Assembly (NCBI RefSeq): GCF_902459465.1
Contig: NC_047081.1
Span: 10,230,001-10,294,000, forward strand
Source of the DNA: Asterias rubens
Taxonomy: Eukaryota
Length of the DNA: 64,000 nucleotides
Direction of reading: 5' to 3'
Numbering within the stretch: the stretch's first letter is position 1; every line of letters starts with the position of its first letter. Below are positions 13,001-25,551 of the stretch, one piece after another. The notes under the pieces were generated by a model. The model was not told where the DNA came from, searched no databases, and saw only the letters and a list, made by a program, of their open reading frames with translations. The position numbers and the translations under genes were made by a program.

Positions 13001-16000
13001 GGATTGATAGGTAAACTATGCCAGCCTAAAATATGATACCATGTGGAGATTGCAACTAACAAAGCACAAGGTCAACCCTCCTACTGTTTTACCAAAAGTT
13101 TAAGTGTCGTTTGTCCCTAAAATCAGAAAAAAACTTGATTAAGTCCAGACCTGCTAGAAAATAAATTAATGGTATCTGACCTGACTTTACTTTTGTATTT
13201 CATATTCCTAAAGCATACTAAAAAAAATAAAGCTCTTGCAAAATAAATGTTTGTAAATGTATGAATATCTCTAACCTTTATTATGAGTATGGAATCCGAG
13301 TAGATTGTTCTTTCGACACGCAAAACTAGTTTGCGGGAATTAAATAAATTGAAGCGATGTAACATGACACTGACCACTATGGCAATTTAATAATGGAGGG
13401 CAATATGAAATGAGACACCGATAACCTCAGCTGAGATTTCACTCAACAGTAATTAATTTTAAAAAAGGGAAAACAACTCAGAATTTAATGAACAGTATGT
13501 CAGAGTCTTACAACTGCACACAAATTACACATTTTTAAGAAAAATGTGGAAGTGTAAAATTTGAGCTGCACAATACCAATTTCATAAAGCTGTTAATCAG
13601 TGATAAATTTAAAATATTGAGTTGGGTCGGGCACCAGCCAAAACAATACAAACTTAAAGTAATTTGGGCTGGTAACCTGATCCTGCTAAGCAATACTATT
13701 CTTTGCTTACAGACTTCATGAAATTGGGCCCTGATAGTTATAGCATTATCTAAATTGGGTCAAATTCTCAAAAGAACATAATCTACCTGGCAAGTAGACA
13801 CACACATGGTTTTACCGCACAAATGTAAGAGTTTCTTAAACCATGCTTAAACCAAATTAAAAGGGGAATGAATAAGTTATAAAAAATCATAAATGATTGT
13901 TGAGGGTGACTTACCAGCTAACCTTGACCTGTCGGGGTCCTTTATGTGTATCCATGGTCTCGTTGGTGGCAACGTTGATGGAGCTGTTAAAGGGAGCGTT
14001 AACAAAAGTGAATGTGAAGCAAAAATTTCATGTACAAACCCCTCCCTAAAAAAATAATAATAATAAACATATCATAAATCCACAATAAACACATCAAGTT
14101 TACATCAATTCTGTCATTCACTTTTGACATTCAAGAAATTCTGTGCTTACCGCGCCCGGCAAAGCGCATAATTCTATAGTAGGCTGTGAGCACAGAATTC
14201 TGCAGTAAGCAGAGCCATGAAATTGGGCCCTGTTCACTGTACAGACAAATTTCAGCAGGACTTGGTGAGAGGTGAAAAAAAGAATGAACTTACGAGGTGA
14301 GAGGTGAAAAAAAGAATGAACTTACGAGGTGAGAGGTGAAAAAAAGAATGGACTTACGAGGTTAGAGGTTAAAAAAAGAATGAACTTATGAGGTGAGAGG
14401 TGAAAAAAAGAATGAACTTACGACTGATGTTGTCCAGCATGTACGAGAGTAGCCTAGGTACACCATTGTGTTCATTATACAGACCCAGCATGTCTGTGTT
14501 TAGCGGATTACCCTTCAACCCAAGCACTTGCAGTTGGAATAATCGACCAAGCTCAAACGGGAGATTACGCAAATAGTTGTTGTTCAACAACAGTTCCCTG
14601 CAGAGAGGTAAAACAAAAAACGAGGTAAAGTGACCGTTCCAATGTGTATTTAATGCGTTCATTTACTTTTAAACTTGATTAATCCAAACTCCCAATAGAC
14701 ATTCCACATGCATGTACATGTATGCACTCTATTCTACATCATATAACCGCACTCTGTACAATTTCATGAAACAATGTCCGATTGTCAACGTTTGTACCTA
14801 ACATTACTAGTGACTGGCCAGCAGGATACAGCACTCCCTGCCATCAGCTTTTTCACAAATCCATATTTCAAATGATGGTAGTGTCAGGCCTGTATGCTTC
14901 GTTTTTGAAAAGGCAAGGGCACCAAGGCTGTTTCTCTTAAGCAAAGGGCACCCTATGAGGAAATTGTAAATTTCTACTGGAGCATTTCAAGGGCACCAAG
15001 GCAATGTCAAGGGGCAACGGAGGCAATCGCCTCCGTTGCCTCCGTGAAGTATCAGGCCTGTAGTGTTGTTTTTCAACACATGTAGCCAGCTGGACCATGC
15101 CACTGTGGGGTGAATTTTGACTGATCTTCTCGTGATTTAACTGGCATTTAGCCAGTGAGCCACTGCTTGTATAAAATTAGTCCGATTCTAATAAAACTTT
15201 CTGCCCTATGACTCTCTGCCAAAAAACATAACCATGGCTCAATTTCATAGAGCTGCTAAGCACAAAAATTTGCTAAGCATAAAATTTCTTCCTTGATAAC
15301 AACAGGATTACTAACCAAATTTCCACGTGATTTTCAGGATAAGCAAACAGCAGCTGAATACCAGTAACAAGCAATATGTAACAAAAGGAAATTCGGTTGG
15401 TAATCCTGTTTTTATCAAGGAAGAAATTTCATGCTAAGCAAATTTTTGTGCTTAGCAGCTCTATGAAATTGGGCCCAGATTACGGTAAAGAGACACAAAC
15501 CTTGGAGAAGTTTTCAGAAACATGTTACATTTTAATCAAGACCACCTTGCGATGAGGTTTTGTTTCTCTGCATACATTTTTCTGATCTGATTTTATCGTG
15601 CACATAAACAATGAATTTGAATACTTTACACCAAATGTGTACTTTTTCATAAAAATACACAGGTCTGCATAAGACAAAATAATATATTAAGGTGTTCAGC
15701 AAACATGTGCACAAACACCTCTTGATTGTTTTCTGTTTTGTTGTTGTTGTTATTTTAGCAGATGTCAATACAATAAATCCATGTGACCAGTTGGCATTTC
15801 CAGCTTATAGGCTGTGTAATTGCAATACTTACATCAGCATGCATTCATTCCATGTATTGTGTACGAGTGTCTGAATGATACATGTACTTAACATAATTGG
15901 GGCTCAAAATTAACACTAAACTGCAAGTTCAATGCCAGTGAATTTAACATCAGGCTAGTACATATTCATGACTGGACAAATCCAACAGTCTTGTGTTTTT

Positions 16001-17974
16001 GTTCAAATGTTGACTTTCACTCGTGAAATATCTTTCAATTATGAATAATGTGTATAGAAGGATTCTTACTCCATTTTATAAAAATGCATTTAATTTTCTT
16101 CATTAGCGCACGTTCAAATTTAGAACAGTTCAAATAAAAAATAATTAGATAGTATTTCAAATCTAGCATTATAATCGGCTCAATGGGAGGCAAGTCTCAG
16201 TGGTTTACAAGACATTCTACCTCCTTGATAAGACCGACCTCGCTAAGTGCATAACTTGTTTTTGTCATTTAAAAATTAACTTCCTCTCTGATACTGAAGC
16301 CAAATGATGGATTCAGAAATTTGTCAAATCTCCTTGGTGGAATAGAGCAATTTATAGCACATAGAGGTCATTCACACGCCGTACTAAAGTTGGTCTAACT
16401 CAACTTAGACCGGTTCGGGTTTAACTTTTGTGCGTCTGAATGCATAAAAAATGAGACCGGATCGGGTTTAAGCCCCCAAAGTTAAACCATCCAGTAAAGG
16501 CTATAATCTGAATACAGTAAACAAATCTGGCAGATTCAAGGACCCCCCCCCCAACCTTTGTACGAAGGTTCTTGTTATACTGTACAATGTATATTAACAG
16601 TTTATAAAACCTAGTCCATTTCAGCCTAAAAAAACATGTAGATTGCCTGTAAAAGACACACCTATTGTATTGCTTTGTGTACAAGGGAGTGCCTTTGTTA
16701 TTGTAATCCAATAAAGACACCCATAATGTATCAATATTTGGACACGTATGCAGTCATTGTCTACAAACTAGGAGTGTGAACATGTACAAGGTTACATGCT
16801 GTTATGGTTCTTCCGCATGAGTAGTTTAGCTGAAAGCGTTCGATTAAACCATACCATGATTAAATTAACTTTTGCATCACAAGTCTAGTATACGTGTACT
16901 ATAATGTACACTGATTGTGGACAGATGCACATAATGCATCAATATTTCATTTCATTTCTGGTTGGCAAATGACTTGCTCCTAGCAAAGGGAAATTAATCA
17001 CAACCCAATGGAGAGAAGATTTATAAGGAAAGAAGTTTCAGTTTCAGCAAGGGGCGATACGAGCAATCATGTAGGGACTGTAAACCCAATCAAATAGTGA
17101 CCCCCGGGGGAGATTCAAACCACATTATTCAATTCATTACAACATCCTAAAGAACATCAAGCACATGCAGTTTGCATTGAAAAACAACCTTTTAAGAACT
17201 ATTAATAGGAGGCCTACAGGGTATAAATCCTTTCACGCTAAACCCCTAAAGACTGTGGATCATCTTGGAAACTGCCTATTTATCAGGTAGCTTTTAGCAA
17301 TAGTTCGCTAAAAACACTGCCAAGATTCCCTTTTTGTGAAAAATTGAAACCCTCCCCCTAAGAAAAAAATTATAATACTAATAAAATCGTAAATTTTTAA
17401 ATTTTGTACACTATGCAGAAGAAAACTATTGTAAGTAGATTTCGAGACAACTGTAAAAATACTAATAATAATTTGGAGTTTAAAAAAGAAAAATTTACTA
17501 GAGTAGGACTTGAACTTGTGACCTCCGGATTGATGTGACCTCCGGATTGATGTGCCAGCGCTCTACCAACTGAGCTACCTAGCCCCTATGTTGGAGGTCT
17601 TTCTATTTTGTCAAAACTTTTGTTGGCAGTGAAAGTAAGAGTAAAATAGCCTTGTTCAAACTTTACCTGAGCGTCACCAGATCCCCAAGTTCCACGGGAA
17701 GGCTGCGTAGTTTATTAGCCGATAAATCCAAGTGCATCAGGGAGGTCAGCTTGCAGATCTCCGGCGGTACCCTGGTCAGGTTGTTGTCGTTCAGGTAGAG
17801 CGCCGTCAGGAATTGAAGACTCCATAGCTGGGGGCTGAGATTGCGGATTGTCCCTACGATCTCCAACTGCTCCCAGTGGGGCTTTTTGCCGGAGACGATG
17901 TCGTCGGGGGACATGATGCGGTACTGCCGCCGATGGTTGTTGTGGTTGTTTTGTTCATAACGATCCTTAGGCAT
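10049..17974 (-). CDS. CNOT6: CCR4-NOT deadenylase subunit 6 (CCR4; LRR + EEP nuclease), 570 aa. Exons 17974-17667, 14597-14422, 13983-13915, 12863-12551, 12072-11918, 11459-11217, 10876-10599, 10219-10049
   Basis: MPKD start, LRR repeats (LTALYLNDNNL, LDLSANKLRSLPVELG), and EEP motifs SYNVL, ICLQEVE, HIHWDPEYSDVK, LCGDLNSLPDSG, YTNYTYDFKGVIDYIF and VPSDHFSL. The spliced length of 1713 nt closes in frame. Probably the single pro-orthologue of vertebrate CNOT6/CNOT6L. Confidence 0.96.
10975..11175 (-). mobile_element. Probable LINE 3' end with AATAAA and a (TTGAA)n tail
   Basis: Minus strand ends AATAAATGTTGAATTGAATTGAATTGAATC. A similar AATAAA + (TATC)n tail lies at about 23155-23200. Confidence 0.45.
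11748..11910. repeat. Degenerate ~35-bp tandem array of the palindrome TGCCCCATGGGGCA
   Basis: Copies at about 11749, 11824, 11859 and 11893, plus a decayed copy near 11790. Confidence 0.8.
14264..14421 (-). repeat. 32-bp tandem repeat x5, each copy beginning at the CNOT6 exon donor sequence
   Basis: Unit on the minus strand is GTAAGTTCATTCTTTTTTTCACCTCTCACCTC. Copies start at 14421, 14389, 14357, 14325 and 14293. Confidence 0.95.
14885..15060 (-). mobile_element. CAGGCCTG-ended ~175-bp MITE (family R4; hAT-like termini, superfamily unresolved)
   Basis: Same element at 4594-4765, 24191-24373, 30750-30914 and 51334-51493, and degenerate at about 7840-7965 and 40365-40530. All share GCCTTGGTGCCCTTG repeats. 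Confidence 0.75.
15236..15475. mobile_element. Harbinger/PIF-type MITE with ~90-bp TIRs
   Basis: GGCTCAATTTCATAGAGCTGCTAAGCACAAAAATTTGC... is mirrored at the right end, which is followed by CAG. Related termini occur at about 3760, 8981, 13575-13730, 14229, 42222 and 47050-47210. Confidence 0.8.
17471..17627 (-). mobile_element. tRNA-like repeat (family C), reverse copy with an internal 17-bp duplication
   Basis: Reverse complement aligns with 59495-59632. GTGACCTCCGGATTGAT occurs twice. Confidence 0.75.
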
Positions 17975-18024
17975 CCTGGAGGTTTTTTCTGTAGGGAAGA
18001 TAGTTCAAAAGTGGGTTTAAAAAC

Positions 18025-18358
18025 CGATAGTCTGAAGGTCCGTTAATCCAAAGGTTCGATAGTCCGAACGCACAAATTTCCCATAACAGGGGGTTCATTA
18101 GTCCAAAAATGAAATAGGGTTCTTTAATCCGAACATTTGATGCGATAGTCCGAAGGTTCACTAGTCCGAAGGTTCATTGATCTGAAGGTTCATTGATCCG
18201 AAGGTTCACTGGTCCGAAGGTTCGGTAGTCCCCATAGTTAGGGTAAGGGACCTAACTTATTGTCAATTCGGACTATCGAACCTTCGGACTATTGAACCTT
18301 CGGACAAACGAACCTTCGGACTAACAAACCTTCAGACCATCGAAACTTCAGACTATCG
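18025..18358. mobile_element. Foldback-type element with arrays of TAGTCCGAAGGTTC subrepeats in inverted orientation
   Basis: Forward subrepeats at 18025-18230, a central GTTAGGGTAAGGG, and reverse-complement subrepeats GAACCTTCGGACTA at 18265-18358. Confidence 0.75.
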
Positions 18359-19143
18359 AGCTGTGTAACTCATTTTACACATGTCACAACATAAAAGACA
18401 AGCGTTTCCTCCGTAAATTACTACGTTTGCTGTTTTAAAAACTCTCATAATAAAGGGAATAATTTCCGATTAAAAAAAAGAATCCCTAACTTTGGTTTAA
18501 AATGTAAAAAAAAAAAAAAAAAAAAAAAAAAAGGTTTCACTTTCTTCAATGTTTCAATAACCGTAACCAATTCGAGTATGACGTGACTCTGGTACAAAGT
18601 GACTTGGGTATGAAGTGACCGACGGTCCATCAGCAGACTCGGGCCAGGAGCAGGACTCAGCTCATCAGTTTGTTATTAATTTAATTTAATTAAAAGCATG
18701 GTATTGTTGTAGAACATTGTTAAAATCAAATGACTAAAAAAAGACAAAATAAACTTTGTAACTATTATTAATATCAAAATAATGTCATTCAATTCAAATT
18801 CAATGAGTCGATGATCTCAACACAAATATAGAATTATCATATCTATAAACCCAATGCAAATGACAACAAAATTGTTTTTGCCAATGTGTTGGAAGAAGTA
18901 TTCAATCAACGACAACACAAAATACATACAGCTGTGCAGTTTCTCACACACGAATTCCGTATCGCGTACGTACACACTGCACGGAACAATGGGAACAAGC
19001 AGCCAATGAATGAAAACAGTAAAAGCAAGCGAACAGTCGGTAGTAATTTATTCGCTTCGGAATAAACTCAAATTTCACCCTGTGTAAACGCACACAGCGA
19101 TATTTCAAAACAAGAAAATGAAATACCAAACACTATACGTTAC

Positions 19144-19260
19144 CTTCATTGAGTACACTTTGATGTTAAAAGTGATTAACCGTCTAAAAATGCATTTATT
19201 CGGCACGTATTTTCTACGGCAATTCTAACAGAAAATCCAAAATGGCAGGCAATAAGCGAA
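19144..19260 (-). other. Probable non-coding first exon of CNOT6 (5' boundary approximate)
   Basis: Minus-strand donor AAG|GTAACG at 19144/19143. The first coding exon has an acceptor (ccctacag, 17990-17989) 14 nt upstream of the ATG, so an upstream exon is required. Confidence 0.55.
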
Positions 19261-19825
19261 GCGAAGTAACGCATGCGCACTTCTTGATTGGGTAATCCAT
19301 GGACCGTTCCATTATAAAGTTATCAAGCTTTCAGCCAATAATTATCAAAAAAGTCTCCCATTGTAGAATTCAAGGAAAATAAAATTATGCGTTTCATAAA
19401 AAAACAAACATTATTTTGACAACGTGATTTATCTTTAACTTATAAATGTGAGAGTTTGAATAAGACAGAGAGTAAGATGGTAAAATCATGGGAGGCAGAA
19501 TTAGAGCTTTCTAAAAGCTCAAAAGTACAATGGAGCAATAAAAGTACAAAACTCATCCCACCGCCCTCCTCCAGGCCCAATGTTTGTCAAATGTCTTCTA
19601 AAAACCGAATTCTGCCATTGGTTGCGTTTTAATTCAGACCCATTAAACACTTTTCACTTTCCATACTGAAGTAATTTCCTCTGTTTTGTGCCATTATTGA
19701 AGAGGAAACACTACCCATCCCCACCCCACCCCCTACATAAACCCCATCCCAGTTAAGTTCACCGCACTTTCGCGCTTCGGCATTTTCCGTGAGTGTTCGG
19801 GTTTGTGTTGTGACGAAAATCCAAG
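19240..19825. promoter_or_regulatory. Divergent CNOT6/MRPL1 promoter region
   Basis: Short interval between head-to-head genes. Contains an NRF1-like CGCATGCGCA (19270-19279), a reverse CCAAT (GATTGG near 19286) and CpG-richer DNA near 19760-19830. Confidence 0.5.
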
Positions 19826-22800
19826 ATGGCAGCCTCCATGAGCACCGTGCTTGCTTCTTTTGCAGCAACAAAGTCGCGAGGTAAGCTTTCTGATTTAGTC
19901 TGACAATTTGTATCCTTTCATCGAATGTCGCGAGAATACTCGGATAACTTTCCGTATGGCGCCACCACTTTGTGAAAGCTTGACCGCACTCTGCCTGCTG
20001 GATTTCTTTCATTCTCAATTTCAAAATTTGATTTGCAGAATTATCAATAAACAAAGTTTTGTAGCCGACGGTGTCTTCTAAATATACTAAATCTTATCTT
20101 TTGTTTACGTTGTTAAAATTTATTTAAGTTCTTAATCTTAATCTTGTTTTTACAAAAACATTTAATAATTCATTCAAATGTCTCTTCAAATCGAATGTTC
20201 AAGTTCAACTTTCAATTTTGGTTGATAAACAACTTTGTTTACTTAATTAAATCAAATTTTGTCAAGTTTACAAATTATTGATTGTCATTATAATTTGAGC
20301 ACTTTTTTATATTTCAAAACGACACAATACTACTATATACTTATGAAAGTTGTTTCAAATTCGATGCAGTAGTTTACTGCAAGCAGTTGACGACTGTATT
20401 CCGACTTCACCATGGAGCTGCGATGGGACCACATCACGAGAAAAGAACGTTGACTGCAACTCACATCTCCAAAAAATTTACAGGTTCGCTTCATTTGCAT
20501 AAGAGAAGGTGGGTATTTTTTTATATGTCGGTCAGCTTGGTTATGTATTACAACAATTCTATAGCCATGACGACAGGTAATGAGTCGCATATGAAATAAA
20601 TGTTTGTACCAATTAGTTTTTCCAAATTGTTCTGAAACAGGCGAGGAGGTTACTTTTCTTAATTTGTTGTATGTTTTGAATTCAATTGAAAACTTGAGAC
20701 ATTCACCCAAAATTCTTTGACATTCTAATATTTCAGGGCTCACCCTTAACTCGAGTACGGAGTACAGTAAAAATTGCTACGGGCTAGTACAGTAGACACC
20801 ACTTCTAACCTGCCCTTTATCATAATTGCTTCTCTCCACCCAGGAGTGCATATTGGTACCATGCGAGAGCTGGGGAGTAACCTGCGATGGACTGGCATCC
20901 TGTCCAGGGGGAATAGAAATATTCTCAGTCGTTTATTGCCAAGGAAACTGGATTTAAACACTGGCCGCCCGAGCCATATTGGTTTGGGACAGATTTAACT
21001 TCAAGCTAATGAGGATGATTGGACAGCATTTATACATCTTTTTAACCTTCTCTCTTTCACACAGTTTCGCAACTGAAGTATCCCACCAGCTGGAAGACCC
21101 AACCATTGACCAAACCCCAGAGGAGACTCTGCTGACCATTAAAGAGAAACCCAAAGGCTATCTAGCCTGGAAACCAGTGGATGACGTCTACATGCGTATG
21201 CATTATCCACCCCAGTTACAGACATTTCAGGATGCTATGGAAACATTAAGGAAACAGGACAAGTGGATGTTTTGTCGTCGAAAGAGTAAACATGAAGACA
21301 GGACGGTAACCATCTCTATGAATCTCGACATGGCTCTACAGAAAAAGGTTAGGGAGACAAAATAATGATATAGTAATAATAGTTTTTGGTTGAACAAAGA
21401 AAAAATGAGTGGGAGGTGGGACTTCCAAATTATCTGCTGTCTATTCCTAATCTTATCTTCATCTTCCTTTCATATGCCTCAGAGTTTAGCACGTCAATAC
21501 AATAATAAAATGTCCCATTCAGAAATATTTGACAGAAAAATGTGTAAACTTTTCAGCTTTCTCTTTCTCTCTAGAAAAAAGTGGAGCCATTCCAAGGTGT
21601 AGTACTTCTTCCTCACCCCTTCAAGTCGGACAACAGAATTCTTTGCTTTGCAAGGGTAAGTCTAAGACCATATGTGCATCTACAGTTTTTACATTTTACA
21701 CATAAATGGTCAGACAGTAGGATGGTTGGCTCTGTGCTGTGTTAATAAATTCACCAAATGATGTCGTTTTGCATAGTTTATCTATCATTAATAATATCTC
21801 AGCGAGTTTGTGTAGTTTGATATTAAAAAGTCAAAGATTTTCACATGGGGGTGTATTAAGTTGACTCCTAAAGACCGGTTCATACTTCCTGCAAATGTGA
21901 TACAATTTTTGACGTCACAAATTCGCAACAAATAACTCGCATCAACTGTCCTGTGCTCAACTCCTGCGAAAAACGGCCCGTCCGTGACGTCAACACTCAA
22001 ATCGCATTTGATTTTACTCTCTTAGAGTTCTCATTTTGAAGTGAACATTTTATTTCACAGGGCACAGATGAGCAGAATGCTATCGATGCTGGGGCCGACA
22101 TTGTTGGTGATGAGACCATCGTTCCAAAGGTCCTCAGCCGGAAGATCAAGAACTATGACTACTGTGTGTCGACGCCTGACATGATGCCGGAACTGGTCCC
22201 ACTGAAGAGATTGCTCAGGAAGAAGTACCCAAGCTCCAAAAGAGGTGAGAGGGTTATTTGTATTCCTATAAACCCTTGCAGCATAGATTGGTGAATTTTG
22301 ATTCTAAAAAATTGGAGTTTCTAGAAAAAGATTCTTGGTGAAAAGCACTGCAGCTGTTGATAATTTAGACTATTTTGAGAAAGTGATATAGTATTAAAAA
22401 TTAAAAATGTTCACACAAAAAAACAATTGTATCTGAGAAGGATTCATACATGAGTCCTTTCTCAAATTTCTGAGGATTGGTGTCCATTCCTGAATGCTTT
22501 GGCCAGAGATGCGGTTGGTACCTGATGTCACTTCGCTTAACACTTCGCTTTGACCTCGTGGAATTAATGACAAATTTTAAAGTGCTCTGTGGATCTATTT
22601 GATACTATTCCCTTTTTAACACTTTTTCTTCCAGGTTCGGTTGGGCTGGATCTTCGGAGTATGATACACAGATACAAGAAAGGACAGGAATATAAATGCC
22701 AGATTAAATGGGCCCATGTCAATGTTTCAATCGGAAAGGTAAACCCAAACGTAGACATTTTTTTTGTGACTTTTAAACTTCTCAACCTACAGGGTTTTCC

Positions 22801-24075
22801 TTGGGCAATTTTAGAAATGTGGGAGACTTCGAATTTCTTCAAATGCTTCATCATTTGTTACCAAAGGATGTCCTGAACTTGTTTAAAAAAATAAATAACA
22901 AATTTTATTAACTGCTCTGGTGATCTATTTGAAGCATGTTTAATAAAGGGTATGTGTCGTCATGACCGCCAAGTTATAGCCTACAAGCACTCGCTCTAAG
23001 CTTGGGCGGTTCCTTCGATTACCCGGTTCTACCCGGTTCCAAATTGGAACCGGAACCGAGCCCCAAATTTCTGGAACCGCCCAAGCTTAACTCGCTCTCC
23101 ATTCACATGATATGGATGTCATGGCATGCAGTAACAGGAAGTTTTCCATGATATGATAGATAGATAGATAGATAAAAGGTTTATTGACAATAGCCATCAC
23201 AGCATAAAAACTGAATTGCAACTATGATACAATATTTTTAAAAAGTTAAAAGGACATCATTAAGAGAACAACAATATTATTTACAATTATTATATAAAAT
23301 TCACAAGCAAAAAGGGGAATAAAAACGAACAGCAACCACACACACCTTTGGCAAGACACACACCACACCATCACACACATAAAGGAACAAAACCGCACGT
23401 ACACACCCGAACTAAACAAAACAACACAATACCAATGTTGAATAACCTGTAATGACTTCTGACCCTTTACAGCTGAGCCTGACTAATGAGCAGCTTGAAG
23501 AGAACATGCAGTGTATCATAACAGATGTCAGTAAACACAAGCCAGCTGAATTCAGTAAGCATAATCTGCATTAATTTTTTTTCTCTTAGCTGAACATAAT
23601 TTGTAATGCAATCGACATTTCAACAAAAGTGTTTCTGCTTGCTTAATTATGTGTTAGGGTCTTGGTGACCATCTCCCCTCCCTTGTCCATGCTCAAGCAA
23701 GGACAGCTCAGTAGGCACTACCTCATGTGGCGCTACAGTAATAAACATCCCCCTCCTCCAATTCTAGGGGAGAGGGCGGAGGAATGTTTGTAGTGTAAAT
23801 TGTTTTGAATAAACCTGCCTTGATGATAAAACCAAATCCAACTGCTTTTCCCAGTTTTATTATAAGTTTCAGGGAAGGTATACATTAATTTTTAAAATAA
23901 ATGGCAATAAAAACCTATGGTTTACCACATTGCAGGTCCACTTATCACAAAGATAACGCTGAATGCTTTCCTTCTTGACGGAGTTGCCCTGGAATTTGAG
24001 AAGTATCTGCCGAAGCGAGAGGACGAGTTCAGTGCCTTGAGGTCGAGTCAAGAACCTGAGACAAAGCAACTCTAA
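19826..24075 (+). CDS. MRPL1: Mitochondrial ribosomal protein L1 (uL1m), about 355 aa. Exons 19826-19880, 20370-20508, 21065-21347, 21575-21655, 22061-22244, 22635-22738, 23473-23554, 23936-24075
   Basis: MAAS start with a presequence ending HKRSFATE; KPVDDVYMRMHYP (human EPEDDVYLKRLYP), LDMALQKKKKVEPF, MMPELVPLKRLLRKKYP, GSVGLDL and DVSKHKPAEF. The exon 2 boundaries are inferred from phase only. Confidence 0.9.
19942..19971. mobile_element. Solo terminus of MITE family R2
   Basis: GGATAACTTTCCGTATGGCGCCACCACTTT, identical to the start of the copy at 410. Confidence 0.75.
20800..20998 (+). mobile_element. SINE remnant with a conserved central domain (Deu/Nin/V-type, unresolved)
   Basis: CTCTCCACCCAGG..TGGTACC..CCTGCGATGGACTGGCATCCTGTCCAGGGGG resembles, from recall, central domains of widespread metazoan SINEs. 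Confidence 0.5.
22997..23089. mobile_element. 93-bp hAT-type MITE
   Basis: TIR TAAGCTTGGGCGGTTCC. Perfect 8-bp TSD ACTCGCTC at 22989-22996 and 23090-23097. Confidence 0.88.
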
Positions 24076-25101
24076 CATGTACAGAGGCAGTTGAAATATT
24101 AATTCAATAGGGATGGGATTTGATGAATGTTGATATTCCTGAAAACAGGCTTGGGTCCCCCTTATTCTAGGCAACCTCTCAGACACGACACAGGCCTGGT
24201 ACTTCACGAAGACAATGGAGGTAATTGCCCCCATTGCACCATGGTCATATTGCCTTGGTGCCCTTGAAATGCTCGAGTAGAAATGCACAATTTCCTCATA
24301 GGTTGCCCTTTTCCAAAGAGAAAATGCCATTGTGCCCTTGCCCTTCCAAAATCGAAGCATGCATACAGGCCTAAAATTGATCTCTGGCCGCACCAAGAAT
24401 GCTGCGGATTTAACATTCTTGTAAAAATTATGTGGCTGTTTTTTTGCTGTTTCTCAACAAATAGACACTGTATGAAGCTAAAACTGCCACAGTGAGTTAT
24501 TGTATCTCAGCATTATGTTGACAAAACCAATCTATGACCCTACCTTTAAAATCAAAACTTTACAAGGTTGTACGAACATTGTATATGCAAAGCTATTACA
24601 ACAGTTACTTGGAAAACTTCATGCAATATTCATGGTTCCGATTTCCAACTAGAAAGTTGTAAAGTTTCGGTTGTAAATAAAAACAAACAAGTAAAGGACA
24701 TTGCATTTGGTATAACTATCATTTTTTGTTTGTCTTTTAAGTGTATATAATTATGTGCGAATAGTGCAAAAAAAGGGAAATTCAAGGAATCACTTTCAAC
24801 AATTGTTTTCACCTACTTGTTGGCATATTCCAAAATCCAACTTAATGTTATTATAAATGTTGATCTTTGAACATCAGGCACAAAAACACGAGTGCAAATT
24901 TATACCATTTCTCTGAGACACGTTCATACAGGATCTCTATGACCATTTTTCAGTTTTAGATGTGGGAGGAAAACCTCAAAGGGGATCAACCTTTATAATA
25001 ACTCAGATACTCCAAATCCTAAGTCGACGCCTCTGGTCCGAGGCGAGAACTAGGGTCCACAGAGACGAATGGGGTATCATTTAATAAGAACACACGTGAA
25101 A

Positions 25102-25256
25102 GCCCCCAGTCCTTTAAGACTAGTCCTAGGCAATGATAAGAGATAGGACTGGTCCTAAGTTAGGACCAGTAACCCATCCTAACTTAGGACTGGTCCTATC
25201 TCTTAGCATTGCCTAGGACTAGTCCTAAGTTAGGACTACCTTTGTGAAATCCACCC
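25102..25256. mobile_element. Palindromic Harbinger-type MITE (GGGTGGATTTCACAAAG terminus)
   Basis: Internal TAGGACTAGTCCTA palindromes and right terminus CTTTGTGAAATCCACCC-cag. Further termini lie at 25320-25410. Confidence 0.7.
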
Positions 25257-25551
25257 CAGGCATGTTACTTGAGGCAAGTAAGATTAAAAGTATTTCATGG
25301 TGTTGAAAGTGGGAATTAAAATGGATATGGTTGTAAATTTGTGAAATCCACCCCTGGAAATTCATTATTTGTCAAAATATACATAATACTGGGGTGGATT
25401 TCACAAAGGCTGGTAACCTGATTTTACTAAGCAATAATTTTTTTAGCTTCAGCAAATTGGGCTAAATTTTGTATTTAGCACCAACATTCACTAGTCAGTT
25501 GTCAGTTAAAGGTATAGTGTCAATTCTGGGCTCAACATTCTGGGACAGTCC

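Noticed and set aside
11748-14421. CRISPR-like reading of the palindromic array (11748-11910) and the 32-bp repeats (14264-14421)
   Set aside because: Eukaryotic introns, no unique constant-length spacers and no cas genes. They are ordinary tandem repeats.
19910-19919. Exact U12-type donor GTATCCTTT in MRPL1 intron 1
   Set aside because: Using it would include an in-frame TGA. A strong U2 donor lies 29 nt upstream, and I found no U12 branch site.
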